DNA of 64,000 nt from Rhina ancylostomus (taxonomy: Eukaryota): assembly GCA_030265395.1 (NCBI GenBank), contig JARFYF010000036.1, positions 3,897,290 to 3,961,289 of the forward strand, given 5' to 3'. Below the pieces are notes generated by a model, which saw only the letters and a list, made by a program, of their open reading frames with translations, made no database searches and was not told the DNA's origin. The translations under genes and the position numbers were made by a program. Shown here piece by piece: positions 37,175 through 50,146 of the stretch. The first letter of the stretch is position 1. Each line of letters starts with the position of its first letter.

Positions 37175-39315
37175 AATTCATAGAGTTGTACAGTGTGGAA
37201 ATAGGCCCTTCTATTGCCAACCTGAACTAGTCCCATTTACCTGTGTTAGGTCCATATTCCTCTAAACCATTCCCATTCATGTCTTTTAAACACTGTAATT
37301 GCACCTGCCTCTACCACTTCCTCTCGCAGCTCGTTCCATATTCCCACCATCCTCTGTGAAAAACTTGCCCCTCAGATCAACTTTAAATCTTTCCCCCTCA
37401 ATTTAAATCTATGCCCTTTAATTTTAGACTCCTCTACCCTGGGAAAAAGACGGTGACCATCCACCTTATATACGTCCTTTGTAGCCGTACGCGAGAGTAC
37501 GGGTTGCTACACCTTCATGATTTTATAACCTTGATAAGGTCACCTCTCAGACTCCTTCGCTCCAGGAAAAAATCCCAGCCCATCCAGTCTCTCCTTATAA
37601 CTCAAGCCCTCCAGTCCCAGCAACATCCTTGTGAATCTTTTCCGCAGCCTTTCCAGCTTAATGACATCCTTCCTATGGCTAGGCAACCAGAACTGCACAG
37701 TACTCCAAGTGTGGTCTCACCAACATCTTGTACAGTTGTAACACGATATCCCAACCCTTGCTCAATGTCTGACTAATGAATGCAAAGGCCTTCTTCACCA
37801 ACCTGTCCATATTTGTTACCACTTTTAGGGCACTATGTATTTGTACCCCCGGATTTTTCTGTTCTACAACACTCGCTAGGGCCTTGCCATTTACGTGCAA
37901 GTCCTCCCCTGGTTTAACTTACCAAAATGTAACACTCTGCACTTCCTTAGCCCACATTCGCAGTTGATCTAGATTCTGTTGTAATCTTGGATACCTTTAT
38001 CACTGTCTACTATGCTACCAGTTTTGCTGTCCGTAAACTTACTAACCATGCCAACTACATTCTCATCCTAATCATTAATATAGACAATGAATAACAATAA
38101 ACCCAGCACCAATCCCTGCAGCACACTGCTGGTCACAGGCTTCCAATCTGAAAAACAACCCTCTGCTACCACCCTCTGTCTCCTTCCACCAAGCCAGTTT
38201 TGTATCCAGTTGGCTAGATCACCCTGGATCCCATGTGATACAATCTTCCACACCAGCTAACCATGTGGGATCTCGTCAAAGGCCTTGCGCGTAGACAACG
38301 TCAATCCTCTTGGTCACCTCTTCAAACAACCCAGTCAAATTTGCGAGATGAGATTTCCCACACACAAAGTCATGCTGACAATCCCTAATGAGTCCTTGCC
38401 TTTTCGAATGCTGGTAGATCCCATCTCTCAGAATTGCCTCCAGTAACTTTCCCACCACTAATGCTAGGCTCACCAGCCTGTGGTTCCCTGACTTGTCCTT
38501 GAAGCCCTTCTTAAATAAAGGCACAACATTAGCCACCCTCCAGTCTTCTGGTACCTCACCCATGCCTAATGATGATACAAGTATTTTTGCCAGGTCCCCA
38601 GTAATTTTGTTCCTAGTTTCCCACAATGTCCTAGGATACACTTGGTCAACCTCCAGGAATATATGCGCTTTAAGACTACCAGCACCTTCTCTTTTGTATT
38701 GTGGATATGTTTCAACACATCGCTATTCTCTCCCCTGAATTCCCTCATTTTCATGACCTTCTTCACGCTAAATACAGACCAGAAATATTTAAAACCTCAC
38801 CCATCTCCTGACGCTCATTCTTTTAGGGACCCTATTCTCTCCCTTGTTACCCTTTTGCTCTTAATACTCTTATAGAACCTTGTAAGGTTCCCCTTTACCT
38901 TATCTGCCAAAACTACTCATGTCTTCTTCTTGCCCTCCTAATTTCCCTCTAATTTCCCTACATCCCTTATACTTCTCAAGGGATTTGCTTGATCCCAGCT
39001 GTCCATACCTAACATATGACTCTTTCTTTTTCCTCACCGGACCCTCAATATCCGTCATCAACCAGGGTTTCCTAATCCTTCTTGCCTTGACCTTCACTCT
39101 AACAGGAACATGCTGGCCCTGAACTCTCCCCCATCACATTTACCATACATCACTCTGCCTGCAAACAGCCTCTCTCAATCAACCTTTGCAAGTTCTTGTC
39201 TAATGCCATCCAAATTACCCTTGCCCCAATTTAGGACTTTAATTTGTGGATTAGTCCTATCTTTTTCCATAGCTATTTTAAAATTAATAGACTTATGGTC
39301 ACTGGCTCTAAAGTA
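37175..39315 (-). mobile_element. CR1 LINE (HER1-like), about 2.1 kb, ORF2 disrupted
   Basis: GEVPEDWRVANVVPLFKKG, GIQGDLANWIQNWLGGRRQRVV..QGLVLGLLLFIVYIND, LYKMLVRPHLEYC. CR1 3' end near 37180. Confidence 0.92.
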
Positions 39316-40081
39316 ATGCTAACAAGTTTTAAAAGGCTATAAACTAGGATAACTCAGCATGCTTAGATGCCACCCAATCTACCATCCTAGCATTCATTCT
39401 TTCCACTACCAGTGGACCATGTGTATAAATATGTTTCATCTACAAAATGCACTGCAGCAATTTCCCAAAACTTCTTTGACAGACTCTCCCAAACCTGTGC
39501 TATCTCCCACCTACAGTTAAGGAAAGCAGATGTGTTGGAGTGTTTTCACTTCCAAGTTTCCAAGTCACTAATTATTTTAACCAGGAAATATCCTTCATTG
39601 CAGCCAAGTCAAAATCCTCAAACTTGTTATTCAACAGCACTGTGGAAATAACAACATGAACCATGACTGTTGAAAAACTTGGTTCAACACTACCATCTCA
39701 TACGCAATAAATGCTGGCCTTTCCAGCGATACCTGTCAATTCATTTTAAAAAAAACAGTAATTTTTATGACTGGCATTTTGAACAGCACAACTTGCCCTG
39801 AAATTCTACTGACCACAATATCATCTCAACCCTCAAAATGGATCCATCAGATAGAGGTACACTGCTCCAGGAATATCTTCTTGTCCCTCTACTACTCAAC
39901 AAAGTGGATGTCCATCTTTCAAGTTTGTGTTATTTGAAATATGGTCTTCAAATCAATCCTTGCAGTAATTCCCATTCTAGGTATCAAGGAATTGTTTATA
40001 TGTAGTAGGTTACACATTGCTTTCAATGTGATGTTAGAACCATATGGAATAGCTTGTCCCTGCTTAGTTCAGGTATCGAAA

Positions 40082-40260
40082 ACCAAATAAATGCAGATGC
40101 TGGAAGTCTGAAATAAAGGCAGAAGATGCTGGGGCTACACAGCGGTTAGGAGGTCTCCAAGAAGACAGAAACAAATTTAATGTTTCAGATCAGAAGCCTT
40201 CATCAGAACATCTTTTCCAGTTCTGATGAAAGGTTATTGAACTGAAAACATAACTCTATT
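40082..40260. mobile_element. Penelope-derived fold-back element with back-to-back hammerhead cores
   Basis: gtttcagatcagaagccttcatcagaac (40182-40209) is the inverted partner of gttctgatgaaaggttattgaactgaaaac (40220-40249). Confidence 0.7.
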
Positions 40261-41581
40261 TGGAGCTCAATTTTGCAAAGTGTAAGCTTGAAGTCATTAC
40301 AGTCTGGTTTCATTATACTATTAATGCTTCAGTTCAAATCTAATCCACCACCTGTATTTCATGCTAGCTTAGAATGTTGTCATGAAGGACAGAGTACACA
40401 GCTGTAACAATGCATGGGGTTCACAATTCAGACGTGCATGATACAAACATTTTACATAGCAGCCTTGCACTTTGCTGGAGTGTTACTTGAATACCATCTT
40501 CATTATTTTAAACATTTCATGCAGTGCCACATTGTGAAGCACATGTGAACATCTACCTGAATACTGCCAATGTGATCATCCCAGGGAGAGCCACTCTTAA
40601 AATTGACACTCAGTTACATTTAGTCCAAATACTGAAACTGGGAACATTGCAGAGAGAATCCATCTGAATACGTACATTTATTGTACTCTTAAAGAGTCTG
40701 TCTGAATACTAACACACGGATCATTTAAATGTCTATTCATACATTTGAACTGGCAAAATCCCAGAAAGTGTCAGTTGGATTACAGACACAACGAACACCT
40801 CAGGGAGACACTGGAAGCATAGTGGGGCTTGTCTAAATTTTGATAAGAGTAACCATTGCCAGGAATGTATATTTGAATACTGATAGGGCGATCATGACAA
40901 GAAAGGTTCTGAGTACCAATAATGGGATTATTCAAAACTTTGACTGGATGTGGGAATCTCAGAGAAAGAATTGACTCAAAGTTTTTTTTTGCATGGTACT
41001 GGCGTTTTCTGATATTACATAGAATGGAAAGCTAATGAGGTTATTAGTCTGAATTGTGCCACTCCAGTGTATCACTTCCTCCCTTTTAAATAACAATTTC
41101 ATCTTGATGGTCACCAAGTCCTCACCAAGCTTGTAGTTAAAGAGCACTAGAAAATGTTCAATTAGAGGCTGGATTAGTGGGCCTGACAACTTTTTTCACT
41201 TCTAAATATGCTAGGTTTCTTATTATGTCTTCTCTCTCTCTGTTTATCATTTCCAATATTTCACATTCTTCCTCCTTAATGTCAATGTCTGTTATCATTC
41301 CCCTCTTCTGTGAAGGTGGTCTGGATATTTTCACTTGTCAGCATATTACTTAAGGACGTTGACACATATTTGGGAATAATATTAAGGAAGAGGACAATAT
41401 CGCAGAAAGAGTCAGTCCAATTCCTGATATTGTGAAACCTCAAAATCTATATATTGATTCTTATAACATACAAGAGAAGGTCTGAATATGAACACAGTGG
41501 ACATCTCAAAATACACATGAATACTGATGCTGGGAACATCCCAAGGAGCAGCTGCCTAAATATTTTTCCCAGTAAACTAAC

Positions 41582-41665
41582 CTGGACTCAATCATCCGCT
41601 TTGCCGACTCCGCATATTTGAAAAGCAATCTTCGGGCTTCCTCCCTGTACTTAATACGAGACAAT
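41582..41665 (-). CDS. PCIF1: PCIF1 coding exon (not in ORF track)
   Basis: LSRIKYREEARRLLFKYAESAKRMIES(R). Acceptor ttttctgcag, donor gttagt, 84 nt. Confidence 0.96.
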
Positions 41666-42649
41666 CTGCAGAAAAGATCAAAGATTTACATTGATTTCAT
41701 GGTGCCAATTTCAACATAATGAACCATGTAGCATGAACATAAACCACAACAAAGTGTGGGAGCTACATCTTCATAATCATGGAACACTTCTTCCAAACAA
41801 CTGTCACTGAGAGAGATCCTACCTTACATTCAAAAGAAAAATGTGAATGTGAGGCAATGTATTCCCAAGTAGAATTGCTAACTGCAGTCAAGTGACTTCA
41901 GCGCCTAACTCCTCAAGCAGCCAAGCATTCTGCTTCATTAACTAACTTTTATCTCACTTTTATCAATCCTCATTCCCGCTTCTTTCTCAATAAAAGCATT
42001 TCTAAGTCTGGCCTATTTCAATAAAATACATTCTGTATTCAACATTCCATGAATCAACCTCCATCACTTACAGCAGATTTTAACAGGAGAGGCAATTGCT
42101 GCAGCCAAGGAAAACCAGTTGTTCAATGGCACAGAAACTCTAGCAGTAGATAAATCAGATTTCAACCAGGCTTGTGCCACTGTTGCATGCTTCTTTATGG
42201 TACAGTGACATCAGCTTTTTTGTTAACAAAATATAACTTATAGTGAAAAGAAAAATTAGGAAAGGAATTCTCACACTTCCAGCAGTGAGTCTAAAACGAC
42301 AATCCAACACTCCCAGAACGGAGTGCTGTTCAGAGACCACAGTCTGAGCAATGGCTGATGACAACTCAAAAGTCTTCTCTTCATTAATGGATCCCCACTA
42401 CGCCCAAGCTAAAACTATTTATCTATTTATATTTGTCTAACCCCTGGAGATAAGGGGGTCAAGTTTGAGAAGAGTAGCTTGTTCTTGCTTGTGCAGGGGT
42501 TGCCATGGGATGCTTATGTAAAGGGAATTGTATGGGTGAGAGGGAAAGTATTTGCAGAAATCTTATATGGAATAAGGGGTTCAGTATTTGAATCAGCATG
42601 CATATGCCTAGTGTCTGTACTATATATACAAAATATACAATCACAATAC

Positions 42650-42797
42650 CTGATAGGAATGTCATTCATTACTTCTCGAAACATGGAAGGAGACACAACA
42701 GGATCACAATCACTGGGCAGCAAAGGATCCTTGCCCTTGTCGATTGCCTTGCGTTCCAAAAGCCAGCGATTGAATGAGTCACGAGGCGGATCAATCC
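42650..42797 (-). CDS. PCIF1: PCIF1 coding exon
   Basis: [48 protein letters not shown](R). Acceptor ctccggcag, donor gtattg, 148 nt. Confidence 0.97.
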
Positions 42798-44094
42798 CTG
42801 CCGGAGCAAACAAACTGATGTTAAAAGGTTCTTACAGATGGATGTCCTGTCTGGAGATGAAACATTCAATTTTCTCACATTCTTGCAGCAGCCACTACGT
42901 ACATGTAGTAAATCTTGCTTCAATTTGTCCATTATTTTCTACTACTGAGTATATTGGGCAACATAATCACAATTACTCAAATGAAACAGAATGTCATTTA
43001 AGTAATGCAAGAACTGAAGTTCAAAGGAGAACACATGCTTTAGAAGTAATATGGTGCACGAAAATATCTGCCAAATTTGATCAGTGGTGAACTGGTTGAT
43101 TTCAGTGTGATTGCCAGCAAGAACATTGTAACCAGCTTCAACTGAAAGAGGCTAGGTTTGTTTTTTCCCAACTGCTATCCAATCTGCTGTTGGAAAATTC
43201 ACAATGGATATTGTGTTAGGACCCAAAAGGTTTGGCTATTATGCTTTTCAAGTCAATATTACTACCTTGGCTAACAGATAAGGTATGGTCCAAGGAGAGA
43301 CCTGATCTGCAGCAGGAGTCAGAACCTTGAGAGTAAAATGTGTTCAGAAGAAACAAATTTAGCCACAGCCTACGTGGTCTTCCCTTACACTATCCTACAA
43401 GAACCCTGTACCTGAAATAAGGGGATATGCAATTATATTGCACCTTTCATAGTCAGGACAGAGTTCTGAACAACCAATGATGCACCTCTGAAACACTGCC
43501 AATGTTGCGATATCGAGAAACATGACAGCTAATTTGGACATAGCAAGCTCCAACGAAAGACAGGAATAAACCACCAGCTTTACTTATTGGTTCTGAGGGG
43601 TATTGCCGGGGTCCACTTTGAGAAGATCTTCCCTCTCTTGGAAAATCTAGAACTAGGAGTCACTGTTTAAAGATAAGGCGTTGCCCATTTAAGTCAGAGA
43701 TGAAGTGAAATTTCTTCTCGCAGAGAGTCATGAATCTTTAAAACTCACCTCCTCAAAGGGCAATGGAAGAACAGTCTTTGAATATTTTTAAGGCAGATGT
43801 AGATAGGTTCTTGCTAAGCAGAGGAGATAAAGGTTACCTAAAGCAGGCAACAAGGCGGGACTGAGGAACAACGAAATCAAGCACGTACTTATCAATATGA
43901 AGTGACCTCCTCCTGCACCTGATTCATATGTTTGTATGGCAAGTAGAAAGGGGAACTGAACCTACCTGCTCTGGAATCAAACACACAGCCTGAAGTATGA
44001 AGTGTTTTCTCTTTTACACTTTGATTTATATTTGTGCATATCAAGAGCAGCAGCAAAAGAATACTTCTGCAGCCCAGCCAGCTACAGGGATTAC

Positions 44095-44249
44095 CTTCTC
44101 TCTGTTGGCACAGCTCCTGGTAGTGTTGTCTCAGTTTTAATGTCAGTTGTGCTCGTAGTATTTCCACGTCTGGGTGTGGTGGAAGCAGCTCAATCGGAGC
44201 ACGCTCCTTAATCACCGCATTAGTTGGAATATCAAGGTCCCAATAAACA
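44095..44249 (-). CDS. PCIF1: PCIF1 coding exon
   Basis: VYWDLDIPTNAVIKERAPIELLPPHPDVEILRAQLTLKLRQHYQELCQQRE(G). Acceptor gtgttgcag, donor gtaatc, 155 nt. Confidence 0.97.
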
Positions 44250-44616
44250 CTGCAACACAGAATTGTAACCTGTGATTCACAAACTCAAGCTTATATTTAG
44301 CTACCTCTAAATAGCAGTCCCTTATTTATAAAGGCAACTCTATTGCCTAGAAAACAGATTGTGCAGCATGGTCTTTTCTCGCACAATACATTTGAAAATC
44401 AATGCTTTTTTTGGGGAAAACTGAAAAAACATGGTTAATCTCCAGGATTTGCACAGTTCACAAAATATGATCCAGCTGCTTCCAGTTGTGATCCACTCCA
44501 GCACACATTGGTCATTTGACATACAGGATGCATGCAGAATGATGTTATTCAATGTGTAATATAGTATTAATATTGCCAGGTGAAATTAGGTCATGTTTTT
44601 CTACTTCAGCAACATT

Positions 44617-44910
44617 CAGGCACAGTAGTGTAGTGGTTACTGTAACATTATTACAGCACCAGCAACCCGGGTTCAATTCCGGCCGCTGTCTGTAATGAGT
44701 TTGTACATTCTCCCCGTGTCTGCGTGGGTTTCCTCTAGGTGCTCTGGTTTCCTCCCACATTCCAAAGACGTACGGGTTAGGAAGTTGTGGGCGTGCTGTG
44801 TTGGCGCCAGAAGCATGACGACACTTGTGGGCTGCCCCCAGAACACTCTACGCAAAAGATGCATTTCAGTGTGTGATTCCACGTACATGTGACTAATAAA
44901 GATATCTTAT
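44617..44910 (+). mobile_element. V-SINE full copy, tail type A
   Basis: Same head, core and tail as the copy at 33858. Confidence 0.85.
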
Positions 44911-45419
44911 TTTTCACTCACAAGGAAGCCCCTTTTCATACCATTCTATTCAAGGCAGCTGTGAAATTTAAAGGATTACCCCCACAACTGACACTCATAT
45001 CTGTAGAACACTCTGAAGGTGGGAGACCACTGCTCTAATCACAGAAATTTTGGATGAGGTAACTCCTTCCAAGGATGCATATGGTGTGCTTCTGCTGGAT
45101 ATGAATGAATGAACTAGGGCAACAAGACAGACCTGAGCATCCAAAGGAAGGAGGGCAAGACCAGCATATGTCATCAGAACCTATCTCCATGAGTAGTAAG
45201 GAAGTCATTCTCCTAACACCAGGTCCTGCAGAGCAATATGTACAGTCAATGCTCTTCTTAGGGCTAAGCTATAGTCACACTTAGACAGCTCAGCTCAAAG
45301 AGGTCAAGGTCACTTTCGCCCTGTATATGCTAGCCTTGGGATCATTCCAAGGAAATAGCATCTACATCATATATCTAAGTTTTCTTTTCCTTGCAGTGGA
45401 GGTCATTGATGCTCTCCAG

Positions 45420-45720
45420 TTTTGAACACTTGTCCTTGAGCAGAGACCAGTAAGCTGAGCAGAAACCAGATTTATGTAATTTCCCACTGCCCTTTATAAT
45501 TTGTTTTTTTTTTAATTTTTAGGCAGTCCATGTTGCCTGTCACATTTCACCTCCTTCTCCACTAGGAGGACTGTATTTTGGGGAATGAGGCACTTCCCCT
45601 TCTTCATTGGCTTCTGATTCTTGTCCATTCTACAGGGAATGCAGTTGATCAGAGGTATAATAATTACTACATTTCCACCAGGAGCTCAGTAGAGAAGGTC
45701 ATGGGGACTTCACTTGTAGA
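45420..45720 (+). mobile_element. Second Harbinger transposase remnant
   Basis: LGNEALPLLHWLLILVHSTGNAVDQRYNNYYISTRSSVEKVMG matches the LGDxGYPLxxWL..RYN..HxSTRxxVERxxG segment. Confidence 0.7.
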
Positions 45721-46427
45721 GATGACGGGAAAATCCTGGAAGGTTGCCCCTAATCTTCCCAGGGAAGATACACTTATCCGGAGCAAAAACATTTCCCATT
45801 TAAGGACTTAGTGTATGTTTGTAAACAAATATATGCAAGACACATTCACAAGGGATAATGAAAGTTGATTCATAAACTTTCACAAGGTAACTTGATGAGT
45901 TCTTGACATGGAGAAACTGGCTTTGCTATAGAAAGTGAACAGGAAATGTGACTGATAGGTAATTCATACAAACAACCAGGATAAGGATGGGCCAAACTTC
46001 AAATTTATGTGCTACATAATTCTATTATTCTAAGCAATTTTGCTGTGTCCTGTTTAATTTTATCACTGGGCCATGCTTTGTATTAGGAAATGGGCCAGGC
46101 TCTGGATTGGATTTAAGTACCAACACAATGATTTGCACTAGAGTAAAATAATCTCCAGCTTCAATAGGTTTATCAAGAGCTTGGATTTGAGTGCTGATAC
46201 TTTCTAGCTTTGAATCGAGGCAATACTCCTCTCAGCTAGGATTTGAATACTAATATTTCTCCAGTTTATATCTGTGTATCAATACTAACCAGACTGGATT
46301 TGAATATCAATATTGGATCTTGGATTTACACACCGATACCATCTAGTAGAGTTCTGTGAAAATATGAGCATTAATATTTCAGAGATTCCGACTTCATTGC
46401 TGCCTGAATTTAATGACATGCACTTAC

Positions 46428-46747
46428 GCTGTTGGACGGATAGATACAGGTGCAAGAACAGCTGAGGATGAGGACGATGATGATGCNNNNNNNNNNNNNN
46501 NNNNNNNNNNNNNNNNNNNNNNNNNNNNNNNNNNNNNNNNNNNNNNNNNNNNNNNNNNNNNNNNNNNNNNNNNNNNNNNNNNNNNNGATGCCCCTGGTGC
46601 CAGTGACAACAATGATGATGGCATAGGCTGTAGTTTCTCATCAGTTGATTTGGATCCACTTGTTCGGGATAGAGGTGTGCTTGGAGCACCAGAAGCGACA
46701 GGTGAAATAGGAATTGTTGGAGTTGTAGGAGTGAAGGAGGCTTCTGT
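46428..46747 (-). CDS. PCIF1: PCIF1 coding exon, Pro/Ser/Thr-rich linker, interrupted by 100-N gap
   Basis: Translates TEASFTPTTPTIPISPVASGAPSTPLSRTSGSKSTDEKLQPMPSSLLSLAPGA[gap]ASSSSSSSAVLAPVSIRPT(A). Acceptor ttctttatag, donor gtaagt. Terminal GC plus T of the next exon gives Ala in frame. True length unknown. Confidence 0.85.
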
Positions 46748-47686
46748 CTATAAAGAAAAAATAAAAATATATTCAACAATTTCAGTTAACTAAATCAACC
46801 AACAGTTAGACAGAAGAGAAATCTAGACACAGTGAAAGCTCATCTAATGGTTACACAACTGCTGATTGTTTTTTTGTGTGGGAAACAAGGGTAAAATTAC
46901 TCTTTAACAACGGTGTTAAATTGGTGGCAGCTTTACTGGCTTCATTAATTTCTCCCCAACTCAAGTGCTACTAGAAAGTCTATAAAAAAGCTTGCCAGAC
47001 ACTGTCACTGAAATCAAAGGCCTTCTAGCTGCAATCACAGGCCTCCTCCCTTAACCTAGAAATTCACTGAGAATCCTCAATTATTGTACCTTACAGCCTT
47101 GGGTTAGTGGGTCACACTGAGGAGCTGGGCATCACAGCCTTGAATGAAAACATTATTGGGTGTTCAGGAGATCACCCAATAATGTGCCTCAATAGTTCAA
47201 TCATTCAAAGGATTTTGGATAACAGTCACACTGACCATCAAGTCAAGCATACCCTGTTCAACTCAAGCCAGATTTTCCTGTTTGTGCTTTGAGAATCTCA
47301 GGGATTGCAAATTGCTGCTGAGTAGACTAATTGCTACACTGTTAATCCTACATTTATGAGGATATGACAATTAATCCAGCCCAACCTCAATTCCATCTGG
47401 ATGGCATAATTTTGAAAACTGTTTATGGTAAGGTCAGCAGTGGGCGAGTTGTTAACCTCAATCTGAACTGCCTGACCCTGTGGTGCTGGTGGAGGTTAAA
47501 GGTTCCTCCATGGTTTAAGAACATCAGGGAAATCTCTTGGAAATATTTAATCCCCATTCAACAAAGTGCAGATTAATGAGTTGATGATCTCATTGCTATT
47601 TGTGGAACACGGGTGACAGAATGAATGTGGTTACTGCTTCTAGGACAAGTCATTACACCATATTAATTGTTATGGCATTTAAATGT

Positions 47687-47970
47687 GGACTGGCATGGTA
47701 GTGTAGTGGTTAGCATAATGCTTTACAGCGCCAGCGTCCCACGTCAATTCCGGCCACTGTCTGTAAGGAGTCTGTACATTCTCTCTGTGTCTGCATTGGT
47801 TTCCTCTGGGTGCTCTGATTTCCTCCCATATCCCAAAGTCATACGGGTTAGGCTATGTTTGTGCCGGAAATGTGGCAACATTTGCGGGCTGCCCCAGAAC
47901 ACCCTAAGCAAAAGATGCATTTCACCGTGTGTTTTGATGTACATGTGACTAATAAAGAAGTCTTATCTTA
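47687..47970 (+). mobile_element. V-SINE full copy, tail type A
   Basis: Same head, core and tail, with a small internal deletion. Confidence 0.85.
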
Positions 47971-50014
47971 ATACTGATAAACAAATGGTGTCGTGATGGG
48001 AGTTATAATTCAGACACTCTTTAATTTAGTTTTGTATTTTCTTAACTTTGAAACTCTGAGGCAAGTGGCTGCTGGGATGTAACGTAAAAGACAGAAGAAG
48101 GGATAGAGAAAAACATAAAAGACGGATAATGGTGATATCTGTCCAATGGGAACCAAGTTTATCTCCACTGGAATGCTTAAGCAGAAGGAAAGCTGATATC
48201 TTGCAGACTAAAACCTTCACACAAGGATAATTAAACAATGAGGATACCATACTGCTTCAACATTAAGCTGTGTCTTTGTGTGGTGGCATGTATCCATTAA
48301 CAAGTCAACAGTTGCAAAAAAAGCAAATGATGTAGGAAAGTAGCATCAAGCCCAGATAATGAAATAACAGGCACCTCCTTGTGCAACTATCTTCTCTGCT
48401 ACTGAATAATGGGAGACTGAGTACAAACTAATGATTAGTTGAACAGAATTCCATAAGACTTGCATTATCGTAGGAAGTCCATTAGAAGGAAGACTTCAGA
48501 CAGAATTTATGAGACACCTAATAGAAGAATCAGAAACAAAACTAATGAATCAGGATGCAGGCAATGGCAAACTCTCCTCAGAGTATAACAGTTGGGGTAC
48601 CTCTCCACTGTATTTTGAAAGTTATTGCCTGACTACTTGTGCTGAATAAAGAATAAATGCTGTCATTGATATGATTTAATGTTGAATCATTTCACACATT
48701 AAAGGGTCAATTGACACAACAGCAGCTAATGTTACCCCTCCCCCCCGCTCAACTTTTTTGCAATCTTGGTTGCCCAGATGGTGATAGCCATCTGAAGGTG
48801 GCTTTTATACATGACAGAAGAATAAAGTTGGTATAAACTTCTACCATTAAACTGGGTAAGATCTCCACAATGGCCTCAATGCATCCTACAGTTGTTTCCA
48901 CCATTAACATTCCCTCACAATACCAGGATCTTGATGATCCAGAACGTATTCATCAAGTTACAATAGAGTGCATACATAACAATTTGGACTCTTTCACCTA
49001 ATTCAGCCTGATTTCATGATACTATTATTCAATTCTCCAAGTTATAATTTGTATCTTTACTTGTTGCCTTTCAGTTTCGTTAACTAATCTTTCCTACCTT
49101 CCATACTATCGCAGATTTGTTTCTCCGAGACATCTAATATTCCCCACCCACTACCCTCCGACCCTTTTCCCAGGCTCTGGACTTGATTATATGTAAGCAT
49201 AATGTCCTTATTTTTACATAAATTCCCCTTGCAAAAATCAATGACATTCTGTTAGTTTTCCTAATTACTTGCTTTACTAGTACAGTAGCCTTTTGCAAAT
49301 TATGCATTAAGACAGCCAGATCTCTCTGCATTTCAGAATTCTTTATATATGTTTTTTCATTTCCTGCCTTAACTGGCCAATTTCACAGGTTCCCACTTTA
49401 AACTCCACTTATCAGATTTTTGTCCACTCACTTTTGCTACCTGCCTGCCTTTGTAGCCTCTATATGTCCTCTTCACAACTTACTTTCCTACACACCTTCC
49501 TTCCTACCGACCTACAAAAAAGATGACCTTCTATATACCTTGAGCTACATTGGAATGAAACAAGTGGTTAAGAATAGAGAGCTGGGCATGGGAATTTGAT
49601 GGAGAATTAAAATAACAGATAACCAAAAGCTTGGGACTCACTTATGAACCAAGTGCAGATGTTCCACAAAATGGTCACCCAATATGTAATTGATCACCCC
49701 AGTGTGGAGGGGACTGCATTCTAAAAGCATATACAATATACTAAGAATGCTGGAAGCACCAGAATGGTGAAGGATGGAAGGCGAGAACGAGAGCATTTCT
49801 ATAGTGGTTCTGAGAACGGGGAAGATTGAGAGCAGAAGTGTAGAAAGTGGAACAGATATGGTTGAGGAAAATTAAAAACATATGTCAGAGGTGTTTCTTA
49901 TTTCTACTAGGCTTCTAAAACTTAAGTCTGGGTCATCACAGCAAGGGTGCCATAAGATATTCACAGACAGGCACAATGAATGGAAAGATTAACTTAAAAT
50001 CAGACAGTTCTTAC

Positions 50015-50146
50015 TCGGGGTTTTTTGAAGCTATTTGTTGATTGCTGCTGGGTATCCTCAGAATGTCGCCGCTTCCGTTGTGTATTTTCAGCTACTGAAT
50101 TGCCTTCACCTGATTCTACTGTTGCATTTAATCCAAGAGGATCAGA
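50015..50146 (-). CDS. PCIF1: PCIF1 coding exon, linker with basic NLS-like RKRR and KKPR (not in ORF track)
   Basis: Translates SDPLGLNATVESGEGNSVAENTQRKRRHSEDTQQQSTNSFKKPR. SDPLGLNAT continues the WW exon as in vertebrate PCIF1. Acceptor ctcttgtag, donor gtaag, 132 nt, phase 0/0. Confidence 0.95.

Noticed and set aside
42479-43090. 203-aa plus-strand ORF as an overlapping antisense gene
   Set aside because: Antisense shadow of a PCIF1 exon plus intron, with a non-ATG start and no motifs.
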